Shown in pieces: positions 10,136 to 23,286 of a stretch of 64,000 nucleotides of DNA. Every line of letters starts with the position of its first letter. Position 1 is the first letter of the stretch. Source of the stretch: Octopus bimaculoides (lineage: Eukaryota); assembly GCF_001194135.2 (NCBI RefSeq), contig NC_068997.1, forward strand, positions 11,343,918 through 11,407,917, in the 5' to 3' direction. The position numbers were made by a program, and so were the translations under genes. The notes beneath the pieces were generated by a model, which was not told where the DNA came from, did not search any database, and saw only the letters and a list, made by a program, of their open reading frames with translations.

Positions 10136-12997
10136 GAGCATATGTGAGTCTACGTATAGATGGATGGATGGATACATGCATGCACATGTGTATATATGTG
10201 CACTACTTGGACAAATCGTCATTGTTCTATCCTCTGACACTAAATTTCTACACTTATCATCTCACACTCTCATCCACACGTGATATTCTGCTGAAGATAT
10301 CAGTTACTGTTTTTTTCTGTCAGTGCCAATTAGATGCTTTTTCAGCAGCCAGTATGTTGTTTTTGTTCTCTTTGAAGTTGAACTTGTACCAAGACCTCTA
10401 TCACCGTTTATCTTCATCAAATATATCTTGCAACAATTAAAGAATTATTCCACGAATATTTGAAATCTCATTAACCGATATCTTCAGTGTTTAATATATT
10501 TCTTTATGTGTATGTTTGTTTGTTTGTCTGTCTTTTTTTAAATTTTAATCAATGTTTTCATAAAGAGAAATCTTACGTTAGTATCTAATAAATATTTAAT
10601 TGTTAAAGATTGAATTAGCTATTTTTAAAGTGGTTTACTGTATTTTCTCAAACTGCATGTAATTGCATTTCTTTTATCTTCATCTAAACAAGTTTGTTTG
10701 GATGTCTCATTGACAAATGTAGATTGTTAAAACATGTACATATATTTGTCGACATAAAAAAAAAACTTGTTTTTCATTAAATAATTAACGTCAGATAAAA
10801 TATTATAATTTTGAATTAGTTGTATTTTTTTTTATTTCGTTTAATGCAGTAATATTTTACCTCGAGATTGATTATATAACGAAAGCAATTTTCGTATGAT
10901 ATTTAAATACATCCGTTCGGTAATATTATAGATCGAATGCCTTGAACCCTTTTGAAGACCGTCATATCGTATTCCATAACGAGACTGCTTGTACCTACTA
11001 ATATTTGCGATAAAATATCATTATATATATTTCTTTCCTATGGCTCTAATTGTGGGTCTCTTAAGTACAGTTATTAGATTCAACTTGCTTAAAATTACTT
11101 TTCATCAACACACAAGCCACGTGTCTCACAAACCAAATTTAAAATAAAAAAACAAAAACAAACAAACAAAAAACGTCATCACCACTTATTCAGTAATGGA
11201 AGTTGTAAGACACTAAACTACCAATATCCGACTTTTAAATATTTTCTTCCTGCTGTTATATCTCAAATTTGCGTTTGAAAATCAGAAATTGCCAAACATG
11301 TTAGTTTAATGAAGCGAAAACTCCTAAAAGTAAAGCTCAAAGTGCATTTCCAGAATTGATCGAAGTGGGTTTGTGTTTGTTTATATATGTGTCTATGTTT
11401 GCTTGCTGGTTATGTATCTCAGTTTATATATTAGCATATATATATTTATGCATATGTATGCGTATATGTGTACAAATTATCCTTGTTAAAGGATACCAAA
11501 ATCGAAGGACAACACAGGTAACTACAATGTAGATTATTATGTTTAAGTTTGACTGTCTAAATAATATTACTATACTTTTCCCCATTAGAAGCTTCCTTAG
11601 AAATTGATATTTGAAATCTGTAGACGCAGTTTTATATCTCAAATCGCTTCTAGGCTGTGCTAAACTTTCGAACGCGATAAAAAGTTTATACCGTTCAAAT
11701 TTAGAAATGAACAAATAAATTTTGAACGCAGAGACGATATCCATTGAATTGTCGCTAATATTAAATTCTATTTGCAATCTGCATCTTCCTAGGGACGCTC
11801 CATTTGTGTTTAATGATGTTCCTTTCTGTAAAATATGATGTTCCACCCACTCCGGAAATCAATACTGCGCCCTAATGATCATGAACTCACACCCCCAACC
11901 ACACGCTTTCAAACACATGCAGCTCTCTGCATTTATATATGCTTGTTCTGCATTTACGCATTTGCGTATACGCTCGTGTAATTATCTGTGTGCTTCTATA
12001 ATTTAATAGAAGCCGAAATTTTCCCAGATCACTGCACAGGGTTTGTAGTTATTGATCCATGGAAGATATTGAATAATAGAACTTTCGGAAGGTATTTAAA
12101 CTCAAATTCAAAAAGTATTTGAAATCAACGAGATTAATGATTGCATGAAGTTCCTTAGCTAAACTTGATAGATCGTGATGAGTGGTTCATATGATCGTTA
12201 CAAGGTATGTAAATTTAAACACGCATAAATACATTTATTATAAACATGATCAAATCCATGTAATTTATATATGATAAATTTACAAATGCATAACTTAGAC
12301 AGTGACGGGAAGAAAACTAAAGAAGAAGGAACACGATTATTGGTAAGAGGAAGGTAATAGTGTAGAGATAGGAAGAAACGGACAAAATAACAAAAAAGTG
12401 AATTTATAACATACTTGTTATGTACACATTTTATTTTCTGTCCGTTTTCGTTTCCCATTCAGCTGCTTTTCATTTTCTTGATTTTCATATGTAAGTTATC
12501 TCTCAACCACACTTCATTTTCCGGTATTTCATCTTTTTTTCTATTGGCCTCTCCAAAATATTTCTCCGTACACCCCTTTTTCTTTTTCGTTTCGACCTTT
12601 GTAGCTTCTATTTTTGTTTGTTTTTTTTTACTTTCATTTATGAGAATTATTATATATGCAAATTTCTCCTAACAAGTTTCGTCCATCAAAATTGAAGTTT
12701 TGTGGGAAAATTTCGACCAATTTCTATTAACTTCGACTTTTAGTAATCTCTCAGTTTTAAATTTAAATGCGTTGTAAACATAGTATTTTATAGTTTTGGA
12801 AAACATGTCGGAAACGATAAAATCAGGTTAAGTATCTGCGTTTGAGCTTCCAATAAAATATTATACATTTACATGGAATTTAGGACTACATTTTTTCTTC
12901 TGTCTATTAAATAATTTGCGTTTGCATGTTAATTTAATATTTGCAAACGAAAATTATTTAGTAAACAGAAAATATTCTATAGTCCTAAATTTTGTAG

Positions 12998-12998
<1 letters not shown>

Positions 12999-13094
<96 letters not shown>

Positions 13095-13185
13095 TGTATT
13101 TATGTATGTATGTATGTATGTATGTATGCATGTATGTATGCATGTATGTATGTATATATGTAAGTATGTATATATGTATGCATGT
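12999..13185. repeat. (TA)n followed by (TATG)n microsatellite
   Basis: Direct reading; explains ORFs 12916-13191 and 12954-13211. Confidence 0.95.
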
Positions 13186-13756
13186 ACGTGAGTTAGTATT
13201 CGTGTTTCCATGTAAAAGCCTTCAAAGATTACTTATGTACTTATATCTTGAAATACATCAGAATTGCTAGAAAGTTAAATTCCAAACACCTTGTTTTTAT
13301 TTTACGCAGAAGTTACACCTCACTTCCTGCCTCTTTTAAATCCAGTCTTTCTAAGGTGAACATTACAACATAGTAAATACATTTCTGAATGAAGACGAAT
13401 CACTTTTATACAAACTCCCGCGAGTTTTACTGTGTCTAAATTTCTCTTCATAACTTTTCAGAAATTCGCACCAGTCAAAGTTATGTCTGACTTACTTGAT
13501 ACGTAGAAAACTTTACCGATGGATCTATCGTACATAAGTTCATTTCGCATTAGCTGCGCTAGATTTTCATTGCATTTATTCTATATCCTTATTCAAGCAA
13601 TTTACTTATCATAATCTGAGATTATCTACTATTACGTAGAAAATATTACAAATAAAACTGAATTCTTCATTCTTTTGCGAGTCTATTAAAACTAAGCGTT
13701 AACCACGGAAGTATATTCCTGCCTTTAGTCATTCTGTGATATTTATGCAAATATAT

Positions 13757-13968
13757 AAGGCGGTGAGCTGGCAGAATAGTTAGCACGCTGGTCAAAATGC
13801 TTAGCGGCATTTCGTGCGCCTTCATGTTCTGAGTTCAAATGTCACCGATATAGATTTTGCCTTTCATCCTTCCGGGGTTGATAAAATAAGCACTAAGTCG
13901 AACACTGAAATCGATGTAATCGACTTAACTCCTTCCCCCAAATTGCTGGCATTGTGCCAAAATTTGAA
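13757..13968 (+). mobile_element. SINE family B, near full length
   Basis: AAGGCGGTGAGCTGGCAGAA head with an A-box-like segment and B-box GAGTTCAAAT, core TTTGCCTTTCATCCTT.CGGGGT.GATAAAATAAG, tail TTGTGCCAAAATTTGAA; homologous to the copies at 50789 and 51203. Confidence 0.88.
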
Positions 13969-16413
13969 GCACATATTAATGCAGACATGTCAACTACATA
14001 ACACATTTGAGAGTGTTTTAATTACAGTCAGATTGTGAATATATTTCAGGACACCCCAAATCCTCATTGCTAATTGAAATTTTACGTTATTTATACAGCA
14101 CGTATGTATGCATGTATGCATGCATGCACGCGTACATATATAGATGCATATGTAGACAGGCAGGGGATCCGTGTGAATGTGTGTACATATGTGAACTTGT
14201 GTGTTTGGAAGGAAGATTTATGTTGTAGAATATATATCTCAATTTCTGACACGCTACATCTTTTAGCACCATTTTATTCCTTCCTGAGAATGTCACATAT
14301 AAATGACTTCCGGTTACATGTAAATCTAGAGTTTGCAATTATAATGTTTCTATCTTTCAATTTATTGTCGAAATGTTCCATCAGTTTCAGTAATGGAGTA
14401 GAAGTAATGGGTCTAAAATACTGCAAAATTGAATGCCAGGTAAATATAATTTACGAATCAGCGTTTAAGAATAGGACCTGCACAAATATAAGAAATTGAT
14501 ATAGATTCGTAATATTCTGAAATTTATTGAGTTATAAATAACTCTAGAATTTGATCTATGCATTATGAATGGAAACCTACACTGCCCTCATGAACTCAAA
14601 ATGTTAATATAGAGGGTCAGCTAAAATATATCACACATTAGCTGAATAGAGAACCGTTAACATGTAATCAAATCCATGAGCTTTACACCAATGGCCGTGT
14701 TAAATAAAAGATGCTTTTCTTCCATATGGCGATTATTGTCGCGCTAGTGAAGTTACGTTGGTAGTAATAGCGTCTATATTTTGCATATATAGCATTTGTT
14801 TTCATTTTTGCCGGGCCACGTACTTTTTGTTGAAATAGCTTTGAAACCAAAATAATTACTGGATCCAGAGCATTTCAGCACTAAATCATAGAAATGTGAG
14901 ATGCTGCTGCATTTTTTCTTAACTCCAGATTATCCATAAAGAAAAGCCTTACAGACCTGAGAATCTTCACATATTTGTAGGTAATATATTCTTAGAACCG
15001 CATTGTCCAATATGTTTATGTCTAAGAATGCTGGACGATATACAATGGAGATGTACAGTTATTTCTAGAAGATCTTGTGATCAAGCGCGGCATTCAGTTT
15101 GGGGTATATTTCCTACTGCTACTTGGAATGGGGAAAACAAACATATTGCTAAATGACGAAGACGTTACGACTTCAGACTACCAAGCAAATTGTCTTCATT
15201 CTTGATCTGGAAAGAGATAATACTGTTCTCATATCATTGAACTCATAGACAAAACTATAGTATGTGTATATGGTATATCTCAGGATTTTGTTTGCTAGCA
15301 TGCAGTGTTCCGGAGAAAAGGTACATTTAATGCAAATAAACTTCGCACATCTTTCTAAATCTAATAAATTATGAAGTTACATGTTACATGATGACTCTGT
15401 GGCCAAAAGATCGTTTGTTTCTTTGTAACGAATAAAATAACAAGACGACGACTGCAAATATTGTTGCACACTGATTTACACAGACCAATGCACACATACG
15501 CAAACACACACACACATACAAACACACGCACACACGCACCCACGTACACCCACGCACACACAAACAAACACGCACACAAACTGACATACAGATACCCATT
15601 GCTTTATTATCGAATAATTTACTTGGACATGATCCATGAGGTATTAAGCAGTGTGCACTCATAAATTGTTAACATTTTCATTAAAGTTCTGTGATACTAT
15701 GACTGCCGACAAATTTAGTGCTGTGGAGATACTTTAGCATATGTGATGCGTCTGCGATTACACCGCACCAAAAAAAGCAAGTGTCACTCCGTATATGTTA
15801 ATGAAGATGTGGTTTATAATTATATTTCATATAATCTTCAATCTACAAATATTATTTTTATCTACTCGCATATATCATTTATTAACACCAACTGTGTATG
15901 TTCAGTCCGCCTATATGGATTTTGCTTTACCAATATCCGATTCACACACCGTTAATCTGCTGTTGCAAAAAATGTAAATCAATGCTTGATTATTTGCTCG
16001 CAATAAAGTCCCCTGCCGTAAAGTTTACGCCATGTGAATATGTTGGTGTCCGATATAGATAAAAAGCAATTCTGGGAATCATGTTCAATGAATTGGTTTA
16101 TTTCTCACTTACCATTTTATATTCTCTTTGCATCAGAAAAATTCTAACATTATACGACACCAATTCCCATCAATTCTATAATATATGAATATATATATNN
16201 NNNNNNNNNNNNNNNNNNNNNNNNNNNNNNNNNNNNNNNNNNNNNNNNNNNNNNNNNNNNNNNNNNNNNNNNNNNNNNNNNNNNNNNNNNNNNNNNNNNN
16301 NNNNNNNNNNNNNNNNNNNNNNNNNNNNNNNNNNNNNNNNNNNNNNNNNNNNNNNNNNNNNNNNNNNNNNNNNNNNNNNNNNNNNNNNNNNNNNNNNNNN
16401 NNNNNNNNNNNNN

Positions 16414-16451
<38 letters not shown>

Positions 16452-17261
16452 TACATATATACTCATACAGACATGTATACATACATACATACATACATAC
16501 ATGATATATATTATCTCACATATATTGTTTATCATGCTCATATGCAAGAAATCATTATTCCGAATTTTTTGCCACATGTAAGCATCTTTCAAACTTACAG
16601 AAAAACATTCAAACATACGCACGCACACACTCACACACACATATAAACGATATTGCTTTTAAATTGAAGCGAATATTTCTGTTGACTTTAGCAATGTGTC
16701 CATCTATATTTCTGGCCATCAACTTTATTCAATGTTTTGTTCACTTCTATTTATTCGCTCTAAATCCTGTGGTATTACTTACCTTTTAACAACTACGTTG
16801 CATCTCGTTGATTATCGGTCTTGGCTTACGATACAAATAAAGCAGATAATACTGTATTGATTTTGTCACATTGGCTGCATATTGATGGCAAACGTACCAA
16901 AGTATATATAATTGGAAACGGAAACAATATCGATTTTCATTGGCTATTTACATATTTCATTTAATACCAAAAGTAACTGCTGTAGTTATTACACAGTAAG
17001 AAAGTCTATAAGAATTACATATCCGTAAAACTCATATATATTTCAACATATTTTCTCTACATCTTACTCATATTTTCAAATTGTTTTACAGATATTTAAA
17101 ATAAATGCTAGTTATTTATGAGTAATTAATATTGGCAGAAGATATACCTAAATATAACAATCGCAATTTAGAGACGACAATTCATTCAACAAATTCTGGT
17201 GGAGAGTAGGTGTCACCATTCTCGAAGTGACAGCGTAAAAAACATTAATTTCATATTTTAG

Positions 17262-17450
17262 CAACAGGGCAGCCAGCTAGTGGAAGTGGGTAAGACAATT
17301 ACATCGATCCCAGCGTTTTAATGGAACTTATTTTTATCGAAGACGGAAGCATGTAAGGCAAAATCGATCATGGAGGAATTCGAAATCAGAACATAAAGAT
17401 GGACGAAATGACGCTAAGCATTTTGTCCGGGTCTCCAACGGTTGTCAGCA
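17262..17450 (-). mobile_element. SINE family B, diverged
   Basis: ATTACATCGATCCCAG...ACTTATTTTTTATCGA...AAGGCAAAATCGA...TTCGAAATCAGAACATAAAGA...GCTAAGCATTTTG is the reverse complement of the 13757 copy. Confidence 0.8.
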
Positions 17451-18312
17451 CATAGTCTTAAGCTAAACAAAAATACTGTTTCTTCTTGACAATGAGATTT
17501 CTCATCAATCTCTCAGATGGAGGATCAGGAAACAGGTTTGTGCGGGCAAAGAATTTCTACTGATTCATCACGAAAAGCATGTCATTTACTTTAACCTTTC
17601 TAACTGGTACTCGCTCAACTATAATTATTCAGTCGCATAATATATATATATATATATACAAGGCTAGTTAGATACATACGAATAGTATATTACTCTTTTG
17701 TATCATTAGGCCAATATGTATTCACTCAGTAATCAAGCTTCCCTATTGCTTTAGATTATTTGTTTCATAATATACCCAGCTTAAAGTAGTGTTCGTTTCA
17801 TTGTTCAAACTTGATAGGGCACCTTACTTATTACTGAACCATATTGAAGCTGTTCTTCTTTCTTCGGTATTGCAGCTAATTAAAATCGTCATTTGTATAT
17901 ATTCACAATGCAGATGGGGAGATTGATCTATCTATAATTAAGTATTTCAATTGAAGAGAAAATCATTGCTGATAGTTGAATACGAACCATTGTCGTATTG
18001 GCTGTGAATCTAAGCCATATTAACTCTAAACAATAGTTTTTTTTTTTGTCTTATAATAAAAGTTGTTTTATTCATTAATTACTAGCGGTGCCACAATATT
18101 TCGTTTTGCAATCATAATGTACTGCGAAATATATCACAGCTTTACAAGTCAATATTGTATGATATCATGTGGTATTTTGACTTATAAGTTTATTTCTACT
18201 GCAGATTTTATGAGGAATTCAGAGCGAGCACTGCAACGTACGACATATCGTAAACAAATACCTCTATGGAAATAATACGATCAAAGAGAGAAAATGAATT
18301 GGTCTATCCAAC

Positions 18313-18810
18313 TGTAGTACATCTCTGTGGGTATTTAAGCCACGTATTTGTGGATAGTTGATGGGTTAGATGTGGTGCTGACGAAAGGGCAATAATCTTT
18401 CAAATATGCATATACATGCATTAGCTATTTATTCTATCTTCATCGCATTTTCACAATGTATTTGTTAATAAAACGTCGTAACTTGTAGTGGTAGCTCTTG
18501 ACTCACTAGAAATTCTGTAAAGATACGCTTAAAACTGAGTTGAAAATATTGCTCTGTTAGCACACGGTAAGACAGAGTATCGACTTGTATACTTGTAAAT
18601 TACAGTGTAGTACATTATGGTTACGAAACGAAATTTATGTAATGTGTTTGTGGATAGTTGTTGGGTTAGATGCGATGCTGATGAAAGAGCAGTAATCCCT
18701 CAAATGTACAGCTACGCCGATTACATATATTTTCTATATTTGAGCACGTTGTTTTCATATGTGTATTTGATTACAAACTGTAGTATGATGCAGTGGTGGC
18801 TCTGATTTCT
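18313..18810 (+). repeat. Diverged tandem duplication, two units about 293-300 bp apart, each with a hammerhead-like core
   Basis: 18313-18505 aligns with 18606-18810 (TGTAGTACAT; TTTGTGGATAGTTG.TGGGTTAGATG..GTGCTGAYGAAAGRGCARTAATCYYTCAAAT; G.AGTGGT.GCTCT). Confidence 0.8.
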
Positions 18811-19226
18811 GTAGCACACATACACACTTTAAAATTTATCTTATTATTGCAAAGTGGCTGTCGGTGTTGTGACAAATTTAGAAGCTAAAAACATAAGCAT
18901 CATACATTAGTGTTTTAACATATACTTCATTCTAGAGAATATAAGTTAAGTACCATACTCATATTCTCTTGAAATTCAGAGAATTATTGATTGAATTAGA
19001 AAAAGCCAATTCATTTTATTTGTGTTTGACGAAAAATTATACAATCAAGCACAACAAAAGCTGCATAGCGTAAGTAGAAAATGTTCTGGTTGCATTTGTT
19101 TATCGTTTATCTGTTATTTTAAATTTCTTAGCATTTGTATTTTGTGTAAATTATTATATTCTTTACAGACAATCTCTGTATGAATGTTCAGTTACCGTAG
19201 TTTCTTATTTTAGAAGTACTTGCGGG

Positions 19227-19290
<64 letters not shown>

Positions 19291-19300
19291 CATCTATCTA
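19227..19300. repeat. (TATC)n microsatellite
   Basis: Direct reading. Confidence 0.95.
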
Positions 19301-19921
19301 TTTATCTCTCTGTGAAACTTTATACATATAGAGAATAAAACTTTATTATTCTTCTACAAGAATGTTGCTGAGAGTGACTTCTAAGTACAGACATTTCTTC
19401 CGAATGTAAATATCCCTTGCAATTTGACCTACTTTTATCGCTCTACGCCTCCTCTGTTTGTTTCATATTGTCCCTAAATTCCTCCGTCCATATCGCCCTT
19501 AGCGCAGTCAATGTCATTATGCACACGCATAGCTTCACCCTTTATAAAAACAACTTGATTGCGTCTCAGTGTTCTGTCTTGCACTTCTATTCTCATTGTC
19601 TAATTTCATCCCTCATCTTGTATCACCCAGATTCTCTTTCAGTCGGATTGCATCATTTTCTTTTTATTTTTTCATTAATTCTTAGTATCAGAATTTCCTC
19701 ATTCTCCCAGACATCTTTCCACTTTCAAACCTATTTCAAGAAGGAATAATATTCGAAAGTTCATAAAAATATTTTTTTTTTTCCATTTCTGTTATCGGCA
19801 AACTAATTATTTTGATCTTAAATCATCTTATTTTCTTTGTTGTTCTTTTAGCTTTCTCTCCCTCTTTATTTCTTTTTCTGTTTACACGCATACAGACTCA
19901 CACACAGAGACATACATTCAA

Positions 19922-19977
<56 letters not shown>

Positions 19978-21763
19978 GTGAGTGTGTGTATGTGTGTGTA
20001 GAGAGAGATAAATATAGATTGTTGTCTCCTTAGCCACACGCATTTATGCATTATATTTCCAGTGTGATTTCATTGACCTTTAAATAATGAATGCCGTACC
20101 CGAACGGGCAGATTTGATTTCCTAACATGACAAGAATAAAATAATATAATAAGCTTGACGCAATATGTTCTTTAGACGAATTAATAATGGCATTACTATT
20201 ATCATCCGATCAGTTGATCAAAGTCGTTGACCTCTTGAGATGTTTGGTTTCCCATCACTGACAATGAATAACCGATTACTGTAACCTCGAATAAAGTTAA
20301 TTAATCCTGGAGATCAGAATTTATTTAGCCAAACATGTACTAACACATTTGATATATTAATAGTTTTTTCTATACACATCACAGAACATATACATGCTGA
20401 AGCGTGCGAACTTAAAATGCTGAAATACAAATTAGCAGATATAGAAATATTGATATTTCTTGAGTCGCAATATGCATTAAATTTGAAGTTGTGTTTCATT
20501 TTCTTCGGGCTATTTGTGGTAATATAATTTACCATAAATAAGATTTAACTTTAAACAACGAGAAAAGAAAAAAATAATGTTGTTATATGCCTATCAAATA
20601 GTGTTCGTGTTTATTGGAATAAATATATTTGGAATATGTCAGTAAGTGATTAGAGAGATATCGGACAATTAACCTATGTGTATGTATGTGTATGTGTCTA
20701 CATGTGTATCTACATGTACGTTTATATCACTTTCGTCTTTTAGTCTTTACTTCTTTCAGCTGCAATGCTGGAATACCACCAGCGTACAAAATGAAGTATG
20801 TGCGTGTCACAAATTATACTAACATAAATATCTTCAAAATTGACTTAAATAATTTCAATAATTTTGATAAATTTCGATCATCAGAAGCCTAGAACGTGTC
20901 TAAATTAATATCAAAACCTAGTGAAATCATTTGCGTCATATATTGGGACACATAGTGTGCTGCCTATCGTTGTTGGCGGAAATGTATCTAGTTTTTGTGG
21001 TTTGTCCAGTATTTGTTTCCGGAAATTACCACGGCGCCATTTAAATGCTATAGAGGTTAATTTCTTTTTTGATTGTTTTCAGATAATTTTTGATAAAGCA
21101 GAAATAAACTGTTGACGTAAATTCGCTGTATCATAGTTTATGTTATGTGATAGGGCTAGAAGTTCCTAGGTAGCATATGCCACGAGCCTAGACTTCGATA
21201 ATTGTGAACCTGATGCTGGCACTATTTGGGCTGACGTGATGTAAGATTTACTACATTCTACAGGTGATATAGTGCTCCTGGCAATGCTGGAGAGCATAGA
21301 GCAAAAACTTTAGAGGTCTCCCATTTGTTTTATTTAATTTATTTATTAACTAGGTGTGATTGATTTTTGTTGCATTAAAATTTTCATATTGATTTCCTAT
21401 AGGGAAATACCATTGTGATCTGTAGAGTGGAAAATTCAACGAATCCATTAGCATGCACTGCAGTTATATCGACTTTACTGTTGATAAGCGCACTCCAGCT
21501 TAGATTGTTGTTGACATTTACACCTGAGTCATTTACACCTAAACGTTTCCTTGTTTAATAGCATGCTTTTTTCCCGATGAGTCACAAGCAATGGTTCTGA
21601 TTATGTGTGCTTGTGTGTGCATGTATGGCTGTGTATATGTATATGAGTATGTGTGTGCATTTCTATCTATCTCTCTATATATCTATATATGTATGTTTTT
21701 ATGTAGGTATGTATTTATCTATATATATATTTATCTTATATATACATTTATCTTATATATACA

Positions 21764-21817
<54 letters not shown>

Positions 21818-22842
21818 NNNNNNNNNNCCACAGGAGGACTTCTTACCTGCTAAGAAGGGCGGTTAAACCCAAACCACATAAAAATAATTATTTAGGCACG
21901 CCCGATAAAGCGCTTGAATGAAAGGAATTATTATTTCTAGTTAATCCTATACTCGAGTTTCCCTATTAAAGAGCAAATAAATTTATTTATCATCTGTAGT
22001 TCATCAGTAGTATCGCTAAAATAATGCATAGTTATGTAGCTTAATACGTACCGAAAAAACACGTGCGAACTGCATCCTTATAGCATTATGGATCCAAATC
22101 AATTGCGCAGGCGCATTCGCATAGCCAGCAGCAAATAATTTTAAACTGCGTAGTATAAGCCTGAGAATTAGAAAGTTTTATTGTGTATGTCATAAGGATA
22201 TGAAATTAGAATAATTTATTTCCAGTGGTTCGCATGCGTAATAAAAGTCATAAGACAACATATTTTCTTATATAAGAGCGTACAAAGATATATATATATA
22301 TACAAAGAGAAGACCCATGACGGGACTTCTAATAAGCTAAAACATGACAGTTAAACCCAAACCTTGAAAAAATAATTCTAAAGAATAAGAAATAGGAAAT
22401 CCTTGATACGGAATTATACATTTAAAAAAAAATAATAGAAATGGCTTTTCTGATAATTTTTCCACTTTAATAATTAGATATTTATAAGTTTACAAAAGTG
22501 ACAATATTGTAAATAACAGCAAGTAAAGCTCCACTTAGTCAAACCCCTAGAATGTCCCGCTTACCTGCCAAATCTCACACAATTCTCACATAGTGAGAAT
22601 TATTTTAAAATATTTTATACCTTATAAATGCTAATAAACGGCTCTGGAAATTTTCCTCGAAAACGCGTTAAGTTGTGACTCGATAAGATAAATATTTTTA
22701 AAAAATACTTCATACACAAAACCAATAGCACGGGCTTTTGTATAATATGCAAGATATAACAATAGGCACGTGCGATTCCAACAAAATAATCATATACACA
22801 CATGTACAACTATATCTATCTAAATCTATTTAGCTTTCTATC

Positions 22843-22891
<49 letters not shown>

Positions 22892-23246
22892 ATATAGATA
22901 CACATCCATACATATATATGCATATATATACATACACACAACTATACATGCGATTATTTGAATATAATGAACAATTCGTGCGTGCTTTATTTAGAAGTTG
23001 CATATTATATATGGGTCTGTGCGTTTATTCATAAATTTAGTTTTTAACGTTTATTATCTCACGTCATACTTTTTTTTCTCAAAGATGTTCTAAAACAATT
23101 TATTTGCATATTTTCCATGTATATGCACAATAAAATAGTTTTAAATCATTCGTAGCGCATTAAGTGCTTTGGCAGGTTGGAAGGAGTTTTTAGGCGATTA
23201 AGTGATGCAAACTCACCGCCATATACATACATACATACATACACAC

Positions 23247-23286
<40 letters not shown>

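Noticed and set aside
10291-10487. 16-bp inverted repeat pair (CTGAAGATATCAGTTA / TAACCGATATCTTCAG, 15/16 match)
   Set aside because: No TSD, no second copy in the window, and too short to call a MITE.
11424-11846. 140-aa minus-strand ORF, the longest gap-free non-microsatellite ORF outside the transposon remnants
   Set aside because: No recognisable motif, AT-rich composition, runs into a simple repeat, and no convincing splice context.
12916-13211. ORFs rich in YI, CV, HT, RE or poly-R/K/S/Y repeats here and throughout the window
   Set aside because: Translations of (TA)n, (TG)n, (GA)n and triplet microsatellites, which lack stops in some frames.
21830-22380. Two loosely similar segments (GGACTTCT...GTTAAACCCAAACC...AAAAATAATT) about 480 bp apart
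   Set aside because: Probably independent short retroelement 3' tails; too little sequence to classify.
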